This document shows positions 11,425 to 23,049 of a stretch of 34,230 nt of DNA, piece by piece. Source of the stretch: Malacoraja senta (lineage: Eukaryota); NCBI GenBank assembly GCA_038087875.1, contig JAXLNO010000623.1, forward strand, positions 1 through 34,230. Reading direction: 5' to 3'. The position numbers and the translations under genes are program-made. Each line of letters opens with the position of its first letter. Within the stretch, counting starts at the first letter, position 1. Under the pieces are notes generated by a model. It saw only the letters and a list, made by a program, of their open reading frames with translations. It was not told where the DNA came from and made no database searches.

Positions 11425-12230
11425 TTAGAGTCATAGAGTGATACAGCATGGAAACAGGCTCTTCAGCCCAACTTGCCCACACCAACCAACATGTCCCATC
11501 TACACTAGCCCCATCTGCCTGCATTTCACCCATATCCCTATAAACCTATCCTATCCATGTACGTGTCTAAATGCTTCTTAAACGTTGCGATAATACCTAC
11601 CCCAACAACCTCCTCTGACAGCACGTAAAAATACACCCGCCACACTTTGTGTAAAGAAGTCACCCCTAAGTGGGGTGGTGCAGCGGTAGAGATGCTGCCT
11701 TACAGCGCCAGAGACCCGGGTTCGATCCTGACTACGGGTGCTGTCTGCACGCAGTTTGTACGTTCTCCCCGTGACCATGTGGGTTTTCCCCGGGTGCCCT
11801 GGTTTTCTCCCAAGCTCCAGACGTGAGGTTTGTAGATTAATTGGCTTTGGTGAAATTGTAAATTGTCCCTAGCCTGTCGGATAGGGTCAATTTGCGGGCC
11901 ATGTGGACTTGGTTGGGCGAAGGGCCTGTTTTTGCGATGTATCTCTAAACGAAAGGGATATGGGGAGAAAGCAGGAATGGGGTACTGATTTCGGATGATC
12001 AGCCAAGATCATATTGAATAGCGATGCTGGCTCGATGGGCCAAATGGCTACTCCTGCACCTATCTTCTATGTTTCCATGTTTCCAACTAAACTAAATCAA
12101 AGTAAACTAGCGTTCCTATTAAATCTTTCCGCTCTCACCTTAAACTGTCCTCTGATTCTCGATTCCCCTACTCTGGGCAAATTTTTTTTGGCATCTACCC
12201 AATCTATTCCTCTCATGATTTTGTACACAT
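11425..12230. mobile_element. Nested cluster: CR1-type 3' end (-) interrupted by a SINE (+, about 11672-11950) and a CR1 tail (+, about 11955-12080)
   Basis: Shared motifs with other copies; SINE boxes GGTGGTGCAGCGG and GGTTCGATCC. Confidence 0.75.
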
Positions 12231-12351
12231 TCGCTGGGTCCTAGTGCTAGTCCCCCTAGCCCAGGGAATCTCAGTGGCTGTTCCACTGGGTCTTCCCCTT
12301 CCTCCTCAAACCATGTGACCCCATCTCTTCCCCACCCACACTATAGTCCTC

Positions 12352-13009
12352 ATACATAGATACATAGATACATAGAAAATAGGTGCAGGTGTAGGCCATT
12401 CGGCCCTTCGAGCCATTCAATATGATCATGGCTAATCATCCAACTCAGTATCCCGTACCTGCGTTCTCTCCATACCCCCTGATCCCCTTAGCCACAAGGG
12501 CCACATCTAACTCCCTCTTAAATATAGCCAATGAACTGGCCTCAACTACCCTCTGTGGCAGAGAGTTCCAGAGATTCACCACTCTCTGTGTGAAAAAGTT
12601 TTTCCTCATCTCGGTCTTAAAGGATTTCCCCCTTATCCTTAAGTTGTGACCCCTTGTCCTGGACTTCCCCAACATCGGGAACAATCTTCCTGCATCCAGC
12701 CTGTCCAACCCCATAAGAATTTTGTACGTTTCTATAAGATCCCCTCTCAATCTCCTAAATTCTAGCGAGTATAAGCCAAATCTATCCAGTCTTTCTTCAT
12801 ATGAAAGTCCTGACATCCCAGGAATCAGTCTGGTGAACCTTCTCTGCACTCCCTCTATGGCTATAATGTCCTTCCTCAGATTTGGAGACCAAAACTGTAC
12901 GCAATACTCCAGGTGTGGTCTCACCAAGACCCTGTACAACTGCAGTAGAACCTCCCTGCTCCTATACTCAAATCCTCTTGCTATGAAGGCCAACATACCA
13001 TTCGCTTTC
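12352..13009 (-). mobile_element. CR1 3' fragment with intact ORF2 C-terminal frame
   Basis: KANGMLAFIARGFEYRS...RGYGENAGTGY*; tail reads (CATAGATA)n on +. Confidence 0.94.
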
Positions 13010-15038
13010 CCTCCCTGACCACCCACCACCCCCCCCCCCCTCACCAGACATCGCCTCGGCCCCAGTCCACTCACCTGCCTTCCTCCGGCCCCAACCCCCA
13101 TCCTTGCTGTGTGTTCACCATCCCCCCCTGGCCTCCCCCTCTCTGATACCGAATGGTCTGTCCTCAGCAGAGGTCTTACCTTTGTCCCCCTCCGTCCCCA
13201 CCTCAATGAGTTCCGCGCCCGCCACGATGTGGAGCTCTTCTTCCATCGCCTCCACCTCACAGCGCACTTCCATGGGAAGGAGTCCTCGCCCTCCATTGAT
13301 GACCCCTTCTCCCGTCTCCAACGGACCCCCTCCTCTTGGACCCCCCCCACATGGCCATCTTCCGGCTTTAGACCTTTTTATTTTAAACTGCCGGCGGGAC
13401 ATCAACCGCCTCAACTTCTCCACTCCCCTGTCTGACTCCAATCTCTCCCCCCCTGAACGGACAGCCCTCCACTCACTCTGCAACAACCCCAGACTGGGTG
13501 ATCAAACCTGCCGACAAGGGAGGTGCCGTGGTAGTCTGGCGCGCTGATCTCTACAAGGCTGAGGCCACGTGCCAACTCTCAGACACCTCCTCCTACTTAT
13601 CCTTGGACCATGACCCCACAGACCTAGCACCATCACTGACCTAGCACCATCACTGACTTCATCAACTCCAGCTCCCTGCCCCCCCCGAGCCTCCAACCTC
13701 ATCGTTCCCCAGCCCCGCACGGCCCGATTTTACTTTCTCCCCAAAATCCATAAACCTGACTGTCCTGGCAAACCCATTGTTTCTGCCTGTTCGTGTCATT
13801 CCGAACTTATTTCCACATACCTCGACTCCATCCTATCCTCCCTGGTTAAATCCCTCTCCACCTATGTTCAGGACACCTCACACGCTCTTCGTCTACTCCA
13901 GGACTTCTGTTTTCAAGGCCCCCATTCCCTCATCTTCACCATGGATGTCCAGTCACTCTACACCTCCATCCCCCACCAGGAGGGTCTCAAAGCCCTCCGT
14001 TTCTTCCTCGACCGCAGAACCAACCAATCCCCGTCTACAGATACTCTCCTCCGCCTAGCGGAGCTGCTCCTTACCCTTAATAACTTTTCGTTTGACGCCT
14101 CCCATTTCCTCCAAATACAAGGCATGGGCACACGCATGGGCCCCAGCTATGCCTGCCTCTTTGTAGGGTACGTTGAACAATCCTTGTTCGAGACATACCG
14201 TGGCCCTATCCCCAAACTCTACCGCTACATCGACGACTGCATTGGTGCCACCTCCTGCACCCACACACAACTCACTGACTTCATCCATTTTACCACTAAC
14301 TTCTATCCGGCACTCAAATACACCTGGACCATTTCTGACATTTCCCTACCATTTCTTGACCTCACTATCTCCATCGCAGGTGATAGAGTGCTGACCGACA
14401 TCCACTATAAACCCACTGACTCCCATGGCTTCTTCCCACCCTGCTTCCTGTAAGGACTCCATCCCCTTCTCCTAATTCCTCTGTCTACGCCGCATCTGCT
14501 CCCAGGATGAGGTGTTCCACACCAGGGCATCGGAGATGTTCTCATTCTTCAGGGAACAGGGGTTCCCCTCTTCTACCATAGATGAGGCTCTCACCAGGGT
14601 TTCTTCTATACCCCGTGACTCTACTCCCACTCCCCATCCCCCCACTCGTGACAAGGGCAGAGTCCTCCTTGTCTTCACCTTCCACCCTACCAGCCGTCAC
14701 GTACAACAAATAGTCCTCCGTCATGTTTGCCACCTCCAACGTGACCCCACCACCTGCCACATCTTCCCATCTTCTCCCCTGTCTGTTTTCTGCAGAGACC
14801 GCTCCCTCCATAACTCCCTGGTCAATTCGTCCTTTCCCACCCGAACCACCCCCTCTCCGGGCACTTTCCCTTGCAACCGCAAGAAATGCTACACTTGTCG
14901 CTTTACCTCCCCCCTTGACTCCATTCAAGGTCCCAAGCAGTCTTTCCAGGTGCGGCAGAGGTTCACCTGCATCTCCTCCAACCTCATCTATTGCATCCGC
15001 TGCTCTAGATGTCAGCTGCTCTACATCGGTGAGACCAA
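13010..15038 (+). mobile_element. Penelope-like element, RT and N-half of GIY-YIG endonuclease (frameshifted)
   Basis: LSRGLTFVP, IKPADKGGAVV, DVQSLYTSIP, MGTRMGPSYA, RYIDD, FLDL, YKPT, CNRKKCYTC, NLIYCIRCSRCQLLYIGET. Confidence 0.95.
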
Positions 15039-15049
15039 TGTAGAGCAGC

Positions 15050-17909
15050 TTTTTATTTTTTAATTTTTTTTAATTTTTTATATTTTATTGATTAGAAGTG
15101 AGTACATTACATTTTGATGGTACCTTTTTACAGGTTCCCAGAATTATTAAAACATTCTTTGTACAACTTCCTTTTATTTTTTTATTTTTTGAAAGAAATG
15201 AGAAAGAAAGAAGTAGTGAAGAGTAAAGGAAAGTCTAGTGAGTGTGAGGTAAAGAAAATACATAAGTAAGAAAGTGAAGCAGAAAGGAGATTCTCCCTCG
15301 CTGCGTCGATGCTTTTTTATGTTCTTAATCATTTTTCGCCCAAACCCAGAATTTTTAATTTTACAATACTATTGCACCATATGAATCCACAAGGTCAATA
15401 AATGGAGACCAACTCGTTAAGAATTGGTCTTGTTTATCTATTAGGAGGAGTCTCATTTCTTCCAAGTGGGCAGTTTCCAACATATTACCAATCCACATTT
15501 TGAGTGTTGGTATAGTAGCATTTTTCCAAAATTTAAGTATGAGTTTTTTTGCTGTTATTAAACCATAATTAAAAAATGAAATTTGGGATATATTTAATTT
15601 GTTTCCATCTCCTATTACTCCGAAGATAATCATTTCCATATTAGGTTCCATTTTTATCTTAAATAAACTAGTGAATATATCAAATATATCACACCAAAAT
15701 CCATGAAGTTTTGTGCAAGAAACGAAAGAATGTGTGATATTGGCATTTTGAGAAAGACATTTATCACAGATGGGAGAAATATTTGAATAAAATTTATTCA
15801 ACCTAACTTTTGAATAATATAATCTATGTAATATTTTAAATTGAATTAAATTATGTCTAGCGTTAATTGAACATTTATGTATATATATCAAATACCTCTC
15901 CCATGTTTCTTTAGAAATTTTTGACATTAATTCTTTTTCCCAGTCTTCTCTAATTGCCTCTGTTGATGGCAATTCTCTATTAAGAATACTATTATATAAA
16001 TATGATATTAATTTTTGTGAGCGCCTTAATATTCATTGCTTCTTCCAGTGGGTCTATCATTATGCTCTGTAGTCTTGGTATATATTTTTTATAAAGTCAC
16101 ATATCTGTAAATATTTAAAGTATTGGTTATTATTCAGATTAAATTTTAATTTTAATTGTTGAAATGATAATAAATTTCCCGTTTCATACATGTCACCCAC
16201 CTTTTTAATTCCCAATCTTTCCCATTGTCTATATGTTTTATCCATAAAAGATGGTTTAAATACCGGATTATTCACTATTGGTGTTAATGATGATAAGTTT
16301 CTTAGTTTTAAAGTTAATTTTATTTGTTTCCAAATTCGAATTATATTGTGTATAATTGGATTCTTCTTATATAATGTATTATTCAATTTTATTGGGGAGA
16401 AGAGGATCGCTCCTAAATCGTACGGAAAACAATCCTCTTTCTCCATTCTTATCCATTCCATCTGTTGAGAAGGGCAGTCCAACCAATAAATGATATTCTT
16501 AATATGCACTGCCCAATAATAATATAAAAAATTAGGCAGTGCAAGTCCCCCTACATCTTTAGGTTTACACAGATGATTTCTTTTAATTCTATGTGCTTTG
16601 TAGTCCCAAATAAAATTAGTAATATTAGAGTCTAGTTTTAAAAATATATATTTTGGTATATATATTGGTATGGATTAAAATAAATATATTATTTGTGGTA
16701 GAACTATCATTTTTATAGCATTTATTCTGCCAATTAATGATAATGAGAGCGTTTTCCAAAATTTAATCAGAGCGTTCAATTTATTTAATAAAGGACTAAA
16801 ATTAGCATTAAATAATGATTTATATCTTCTAGTAACTTGAATACCTAAAGACTTAAATTTTTCCGTTGCAATTTTAAATGGAAATTTTAATAGATGATTC
16901 GCTTTCTGGGGCTGTAATTACATAATTTCACTTTTATTCCAATTTATTCTATATCCAGAAAAAGAGCCAAATTCCTCTATTACGTTTAGTAAATTCGGGA
17001 TACTCGTTTCTGAATTTCTAATATATAAAAGTATATCATCCGCATATAATGAAATTTTGTTATTAGAGTCCTTAGTATTATATCCCTGAATATTCGGATG
17101 TGTTCTTATCCTTTCAGCCAAAGGCTCTATCATAAGGGCAAATAGCAGGGGTGATAAAACACATCCCTGCCTATTGCCCCGTGATAATTGGAATTTTGGA
17201 GACAACATATTATTAGTTAATATTCTTGCCATTGGTTTATCATATAATAATTTCACCCATTTAATAAAATTATCTCCCATATTAAATTTTTGGAGTACTA
17301 TGTATAAATACTGCCACTCTACCTGATCAAATGCTTTCTCTGCATCCAAAGATATAACTGATAAGTCTTCCTTTTCCACTTTATGTGAATACATTATATT
17401 AAAAAGTCGTCTCAAATTATTAAATGATTGTCTTTTAGGTATAAACCCCGTTTGGTCCGGGTTTATCAATTTATTAATATATTTACTCAATCTTCTTGCT
17501 AAAATCTTTGCTAACATTTTTTGATCTGTGTTTAAAAGTGATATAGCTCTATACGAGCCCGAATCTTCTAGATCTTTATCTTTTATTGGTATAAGCGTAA
17601 TTGTAGATTCTGCTAAAGTTTCTGGTAATTTCTTTTCGGTAAAAGCATAAGTATATAATTTAATTAATCGTGGGACCATTAACTCCTGAAATCTTTTATA
17701 GAATTCATTATTAAAACCATCAGGCCCTGGTGTCTTCCCATTTTTCAGTTCTTTTATTGTTTCTCTTATTTCTTCACTTGTGATCTGAGCTCCTAATTCC
17801 TCTTGTTCTAAGATATCCAATTTTGGCAAATTACAATTATCTAAAAAAATTATAATTTTATTGTCTTCTATTTTAGTTTTAGATGTATATAAATTTTGAT
17901 AAAATTGAG
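15050..17909 (-). mobile_element. 5'-truncated fish-type L1 LINE (RT, CCHC finger, 3' UTR, poly-A) inserted in the Penelope element
   Basis: GKTPGPDGF, YRAISLLNTD, DAEKAFD, GNRQGCVLSPLLF, LYADD, CDKC..H..C; T-rich tract at 15050-15090; very AT-rich. Confidence 0.93.
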
Positions 17910-18332
17910 GACCAAGCGCAGGCTTGGCGATCACTTCGCAGAACACCTCCGCTCGGTTCACAATAACCAACCTGATCTCCCGGTGGCTCAGCACTTCAAC
18001 CCCCTCCCATTCTGAACCTGACCTTTCTGTCCTCGGCCTCCTCCATGGCCAGTGAGGACCATCGGAAATTGGAGGAGCAGCACCTCATATATCGCTTGAG
18101 CAGTTTGCACCCCAGCGGTATGAACATTGACCTCCAATTTCAGGTAGTCCTTACTTTCTCCTCCCCTTCTCAGCTCTCCCTCAGCCCACTAACTCCATCT
18201 CTTCCTTTGTTCTTCCTGCCCCCCACCCTCACATGTCTGAAGAAGGGTTTCGGCCCGAAACGTCGCCTATTTCCTTCGATCCATAGATGCTGCCTCACCC
18301 GCTGAGTTTCTCCAGCATTTTAGTCTACCTTC
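17910..18332 (+). mobile_element. Penelope-like element, continuation (GIY-YIG C-half and terminal repeat)
   Basis: TKRRLGDHFAEHL..NQPDLPVAQHFN..KLEEQHLIYRL..PSGMN resumes directly after YIGET; hammerhead-like motif at 18237-18264. Confidence 0.92.
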
Positions 18333-18589
18333 TCATTTCTCATTCTTGCTTCTGAGGTTCAGTGTCTCAATGGTACCTATGTACCTACATGTACCTACCT
18401 ACAGTGAAATTCCTTTTTATTTTTGCACACAAATCAGTAAAAAAAAAATCTTCCTATACACAAGCACAATCAGACTTAGGTACAAGAGTATAAAAATAGT
18501 AGATATCACTAGGGCAGTACACAAGTGTCACTACATTTCTGGTGCCATCTTGCATTCCTCAAGCTCAAAGTTCTTAAATACATTCTCAA

Positions 18590-18748
18590 ATGGGACCAGA
18601 GGCCATAGCCTCAGAATAAAAGGACATTCCTTTGGAAAGGAAATGAGGAGGAATATCTTTAGTCAGCGGGTGGTGAATCTGTGGAATTCATTGGCACAGA
18701 AAGCCATGGAGGCCAAGTCAATGGACATTTTGAATGCGGAGATTGACA
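18590..18748 (+). mobile_element. Old CR1 fragment
   Basis: TRGHSLRIKG..FSQRVVNLWNSL. Confidence 0.8.
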
Positions 18749-19142
18749 GTGATAATCTATATTACTAAAAGTCTGATCTTGACCACTTCCTGTATTGTTT
18801 TTAGAAAAAACGCTGCCACTTACGGCTGTGATTTTTGGCCATCTTACTCAGATTCCCCCTCCGCTGCGCAGGACAAGAGGATTTTTCCCATCGATGAAAA
18901 ATAAAAGATTTATTAGTGTTTAAAATATGTTGAGATGAGGCCACACCCCCTGAAGGCCACGTCCCTTCCGGAGGGACTATAAAACCCGGAAGTGTTGAGT
19001 GCCTCAGTCAGTCTCTGCAAGATGGGGGAGTGAGAGGGTCACGTCTCTCAGTCTGAGCTGTGATTAATACTGAACACATGTCTACTAAACTGTGAGTGGT
19101 TTTACTGACCTGTCAGTGCCCTTAATGTGGTTTGAAAATATA

Positions 19143-19966
19143 GTTTGGAAATGCTAAAGCTGTGTTGCCTTTGGTTTGGAAATGCTAAAGCTGTGTTGCC
19201 TTTGGTTTGGAAATGCTAAAGCTGTGTTGCCTTTGGTTTGGAAATGCTAAAGCTGTGTTGCCTAATTAAAGTTGCCTTGCCTAATTAAAGTTGCCTTGCC
19301 TAATTAAAGTTACCTTGCCTAATTAAAGTTACCTTGCCTAATTAAAGTTGCCTTGCCTAATTAAAGTTGCCTTGCCTAATTAAAGTTGCCTTGCCTAATT
19401 AAAGTTGCCTTGCCTAATTGAAAAGTTGGTTTGAGAATGCCTTGCCTAGTTGAAAAGTTGTTTTGAGAATGCTAAAGTTGCCTTGCCTAGTTGAAAAGTT
19501 GTTTTGAGAATGCTAAAGTTGCCTTGCCTAAATGAAAAGTTGGTTTGAGAATGCTAAAGTTTCCTTACTTAATTGAAAAGTTAGTTTGAGAATGCTTTGC
19601 CTAATTGAAGAGTTGGTTTGAGAATGCTAAAGTTGCCTTGCCTAATTGGAAAGTTGGTTTGAGAATGCTAAAGTTGCCTTGCCTAATTGAAAAGTTGGTT
19701 TGAGAATGCTAAATTTGCCTTGCCTAATTGAAAAGTTGGTTTGTGAATGCCAAAGTTGTCTTGCCTAATTGAAAAGTTGGTTTAAGAATGCTAAAGTTGC
19801 CTTGCCTAATTGAAAAGTTGGTTTGAGAATGCAAAAGTTGCCTTGCCTAATTGAAAAGATGGTTTGAGAATGCTAAAGTTGCCTTGCCTAATTGAAAAGT
19901 TGGTTTGAGAATGCCAAAGTTGCCTTGCCTAATTGAAAAGTTGGTTTGAGAATGCTAAAGTTGCCT
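19143..19966 (+). repeat. Compound minisatellite: 31-bp x about 4, 19-bp x 8, 41-bp x about 13
   Basis: Units gtttggaaatgctaaagctgtgttgcctttg, cctaattaaagttgccttg, cctaattgaaaagttggtttgagaatgctaaagttgccttg. Confidence 0.95.
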
Positions 19967-20061
19967 TTGGTGTGAGGGGGGGGGACTATAAAACCTGAAG
20001 TGTGGGCGTGGCTCAGTCTCTGCAAGATGGAGGAGGGAGAGGTCACGACTCGCTGTCTTTA

Positions 20062-20185
20062 GTGGCCTTGCACCCTGCTTGAAATGGTATGAAACTGCAA
20101 TTGAATTTGGTGGCCTTGCACCCTGCTTGAAGTGGTAAGAAACTGCACTTGAATTTGGTGGCCTTGCACCCTGCTTGAAATGGAA
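20062..20185 (+). repeat. 48-bp tandem repeat, about 2.6 copies
   Basis: gtggccttgcaccctgcttgaa starts at 20062, 20110 and 20158. Confidence 0.92.
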
Positions 20186-20480
20186 TTTCAAGGAATGGGC
20201 GTGAGTCAACTGCCAGCCCACCAGCCGTGAGTGAGTGAGCTGCCAGCACAACAGGCTTGAGTGACTGAGCCACCAGCCCAAGAATCCATTCGGCCCACAA
20301 TGTCCATACTAGCCCTCTGGAAACCAATCCCTTCAGCCCACAACCCCCATACTAGCGCTCCAGAAGCCCCCCCCCCCACTGGCCACAAATATTGGAATTG
20401 GTGGAGAGGTGTGTAATATTGCGTTGGGGGACCTGCCCTCCTGTGTGATGCTGGGACCCAACGGGTCCCACTTAGTCTAG

Positions 20481-20888
20481 TGATTAATAAAGACAGTGAT
20501 AAGGAATGATAATGGCTGTGGTAATGAACATTAATGAATGATAGTGGTAGCAATAATTATGATAATGACAGTGATTAAGAATATTAATGGCATTGATAAT
20601 TAATGATAATAAATTTGGTAATGTAGCAACTGATAATCAAAGGTGATGACAATGATAATGATGGCAATGACATTGATGATGATGGCAATGACATTGATGA
20701 TGATGGCAATGACATTGATGATGATGGCAATGACATTGATGATGATGGCAATGACATTGATGATGATGGCAATGACATCGATGATGACAATAACATTGAT
20801 GATGATAGTGGTGATGAATAATGACAATAATAATAAATGATAATGACCATGAGGAAGAATAATAATGACAGTGATAATGGATAATTGT
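20481..20888 (+). repeat. (GAT/AAT)n low-complexity tract with a 21-bp unit (atgatgatggcaatgacattg) x about 5-6
   Basis: Direct inspection. Confidence 0.92.
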
Positions 20889-21522
20889 GGAGTAGTATGA
20901 GCAATTTTGGCCGCCATATCTGTGGAAGGATGTGCTGGCTCTGGAGAGGGTCCAAATGAGGTTTACAAGAATGATCCCAGGAATGGTTGGGTTAACATAA
21001 GATGAGCGTATGATGGCACTGGGCCTGTACTCGCTGGAGTTTGGAAGAATGAGGGGGGACCTCATTGAAACTTACCGAATAATGAGAGGCCTGAATCTGT
21101 GGAATTATTTGTCACAGAAATCTCTGGAGATAAGTCTTGATTAGTACGGGTGTCAGGGGTTATGGGAAGAAGGCATGAGAATGGAGAGAGAAAGATCAAT
21201 CAGTCATGATTGAATGGTGGAGTAGACTTGATGGGCCAAATGGCCTAATTCTGCTCCTAGTACTTATGAACCTTTCAATATAGTCTTGTTCTTAAAGAAT
21301 GTGGGCTTATGCTCAATTCCAAATGATCCAAGAACTTTGCCTGATACTTTACTGCAATACAGAGGGAAAAGGCAATAGACAATAGGTGCAGTAGGCCATT
21401 TGGCCCTTCGAGCCAGCACCGCCATTCAATGTGATCATGGCTGATCATCCCCAATCAGTACCCTGTTCCTGCCTTTTCCCCATATCCCCTGACTCCGCTA
21501 TTTTTAAGAGCCCTATCTAGCT
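20888..21522. mobile_element. Degenerate CR1 3' fragments (+ about 20888-21270; - about 21372-21522)
   Basis: Similarity to other CR1 copies in the window. Confidence 0.82.
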
Positions 21523-21976
21523 ACATTGACTTGATAGAATATTAATATCTGCCTTTCTAATGTCACACCACAGTGATGTTCCTCCCAATGTCTTGGTCAC
21601 TCATTTTTTCTCAGCCAACATTTCGACTGGTGATCTGACCATTTATTTCACTGGTGTTGGCAGGATGCTCTTGTTTGATAGTTAGATGGTTTGGTCGTTA
21701 CATCACAACAATGGTCACACCTCATAAGCTTTATTCAGTGTAAAAATAACATGTTGAGTGGTTCCAAAACCATACAGTGAGCAATTCTTTATTTTGCCAC
21801 TCTAACGACAGTTATTTGGACACATTTTTTTTAAATCATTGTAAACACAAGGAACTGCAGATGCTGGAATAATAAGCAAAAGATAAAGTGCGAGATGAAC
21901 TGAGTGGGTCAGGCAGCATCTATGGTGGGAACTGGACAGACAACATTTCACACTGAAGAAGGTTCTGCAGAATGTT

Positions 21977-22340
21977 ACTGGTAGGTCCCCCTCGGTCATG
22001 ACTGACCATGGGTGATGCATCCTGGTCGGATGCAAGCCTGGGCGATATCATATGGAGGACAGGCTGTTGCCCATGCAGCACGTCCCCCCTCTCCACGTCG
22101 CTGATCGATCCAAAGGAACAGCAGGGCCGTTACAGTTTGGCACCAGCGCCGTCGCAGGAGCTGCCGGAGCGAGGTTGTAGACAACGACAAACTGCCTTAG
22201 GGGCTCCGACTCCGGATTTTCTTGAGGTTTACACCTGGAGCCTTTTCCATGACTGGATATGGCCACAAAGGCAGTGGAGGTTTTAAATCAGAGTTTTCCC
22301 TCTCCGAGATGGACTACCTTCCCAGGCTGACGAGCCCCAT
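21977..22340 (-). mobile_element. RTE-clade-derived short element
   Basis: Minus strand GGGCTCGTCAGCCTGGGAAGG...GGAGAGGGAAAACTCTGATTTAAAACC resembles RTE-family 5' UTR motifs; no ORF. Confidence 0.55.
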
Positions 22341-22718
22341 CGCAATGTTTAAGAAACATTTAGACGCGTACATGGATAGGACAAGTTCAGAGGGATATGG
22401 GCCAAACGCAGGTAGGTGGGACTAGTGTACATGGGACTTGTTGACCGGTGTGGGCAAGTTGCGCGGAAGGGTCTGTTTCCATGCTGCAAGACTCTTTGAC
22501 TCTATGGCATGCAAGGGTCCCAACCTGAAACACCATCTGTCCATTCCCTCCACATAAGCTGCCTAACCCACTGAGTTCCTCTAGCAGTTTGTTTTTGCTA
22601 TCTTGTGATCCCTTCCAGTCTGTTACATAGCTGCCAACTTCTTCTTCTTGCGTATGGCGTGCACAGCCTAAAGTTGTAGGACTATTTGTGCACGCCGGGT
22701 TGATTGCAGGGTGGACCA

Positions 22719-23049
22719 TCAAAGAAGCATCATGGGTGGCAGAGCGGAGTAGCCAGTGGCTCTGGCTGAAGAGGAAAGACCCCATTTGGTTTCCCAAATA
22801 ACCGACAAGACAGATGCAGTTCTGAGACGCCAGAATGCACCGCTGAGCCTACTGGAGACGTCGTGGGTTCAATCAGCGAAACGTCGATGAAAGTAGGTGC
22901 CCACTTGATAACCCCAATGACGTGTCTGCCTAGCCTTTCTCAACATCGGAGGAGCATAGGTGAGTGCAGAAGGCTCCCATCACCATCGGGAGTAAATTGA
23001 TATTTGGCACTTCGGACTTTCAACATCTAGTCCTGTGTATTTGTAAACA
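22719..23049 (+). mobile_element. HERO-like (RLE non-LTR) 3' fragment flanked by a 32-bp duplication
   Basis: IKEASWVAERSSQWLWLKRKDPIWFPK* (22718-22801) resembles HERO ORF C-termini; 22687-22718 equals 23050-23081 at 31/32 positions. Confidence 0.68.
22842..22911 (+). ncRNA. Candidate rearranged (non-circularly permuted) hammerhead ribozyme
   Basis: GUC site, GAAA and UUGAUAA cores each abut the expected helices; a fourth helix is present. Confidence 0.6.

Larger units (their letters stand above)
18756..20480 (+). mobile_element. Non-autonomous Helitron (1725 bp)
   Basis: A|TCTATATTACTAAAA 5' end; hairpin TGGGACCC-AAC-GGGTCCCA (20452-20470) then CTAG|T; no TSD. Confidence 0.88.

Noticed and set aside
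11675..11730. tRNA gene (also heads near 7750, 11100 and 29740)
   Set aside because: A/B boxes run into SINE body and tail; these are SINE heads
12445..13350. 301-aa ORF as a novel gene
   Set aside because: Chance fusion of antisense Penelope sequence with the CR1 ORF2 C-terminus
16918..17994. 358-aa RT ORF as an active or domesticated gene
   Set aside because: N-terminus is antisense Penelope; the L1 is 5'-truncated with stops and frameshifts downstream
19143..19966. CRISPR-like regular array
   Set aside because: Head-to-tail units with no unique spacers, no cas genes, eukaryotic context
20584..21065. His/Cys-, Ser-, Ile- and Met-rich ORFs
   Set aside because: Translations of a 21-bp/(GAT)n repeat, partly fused to antisense CR1
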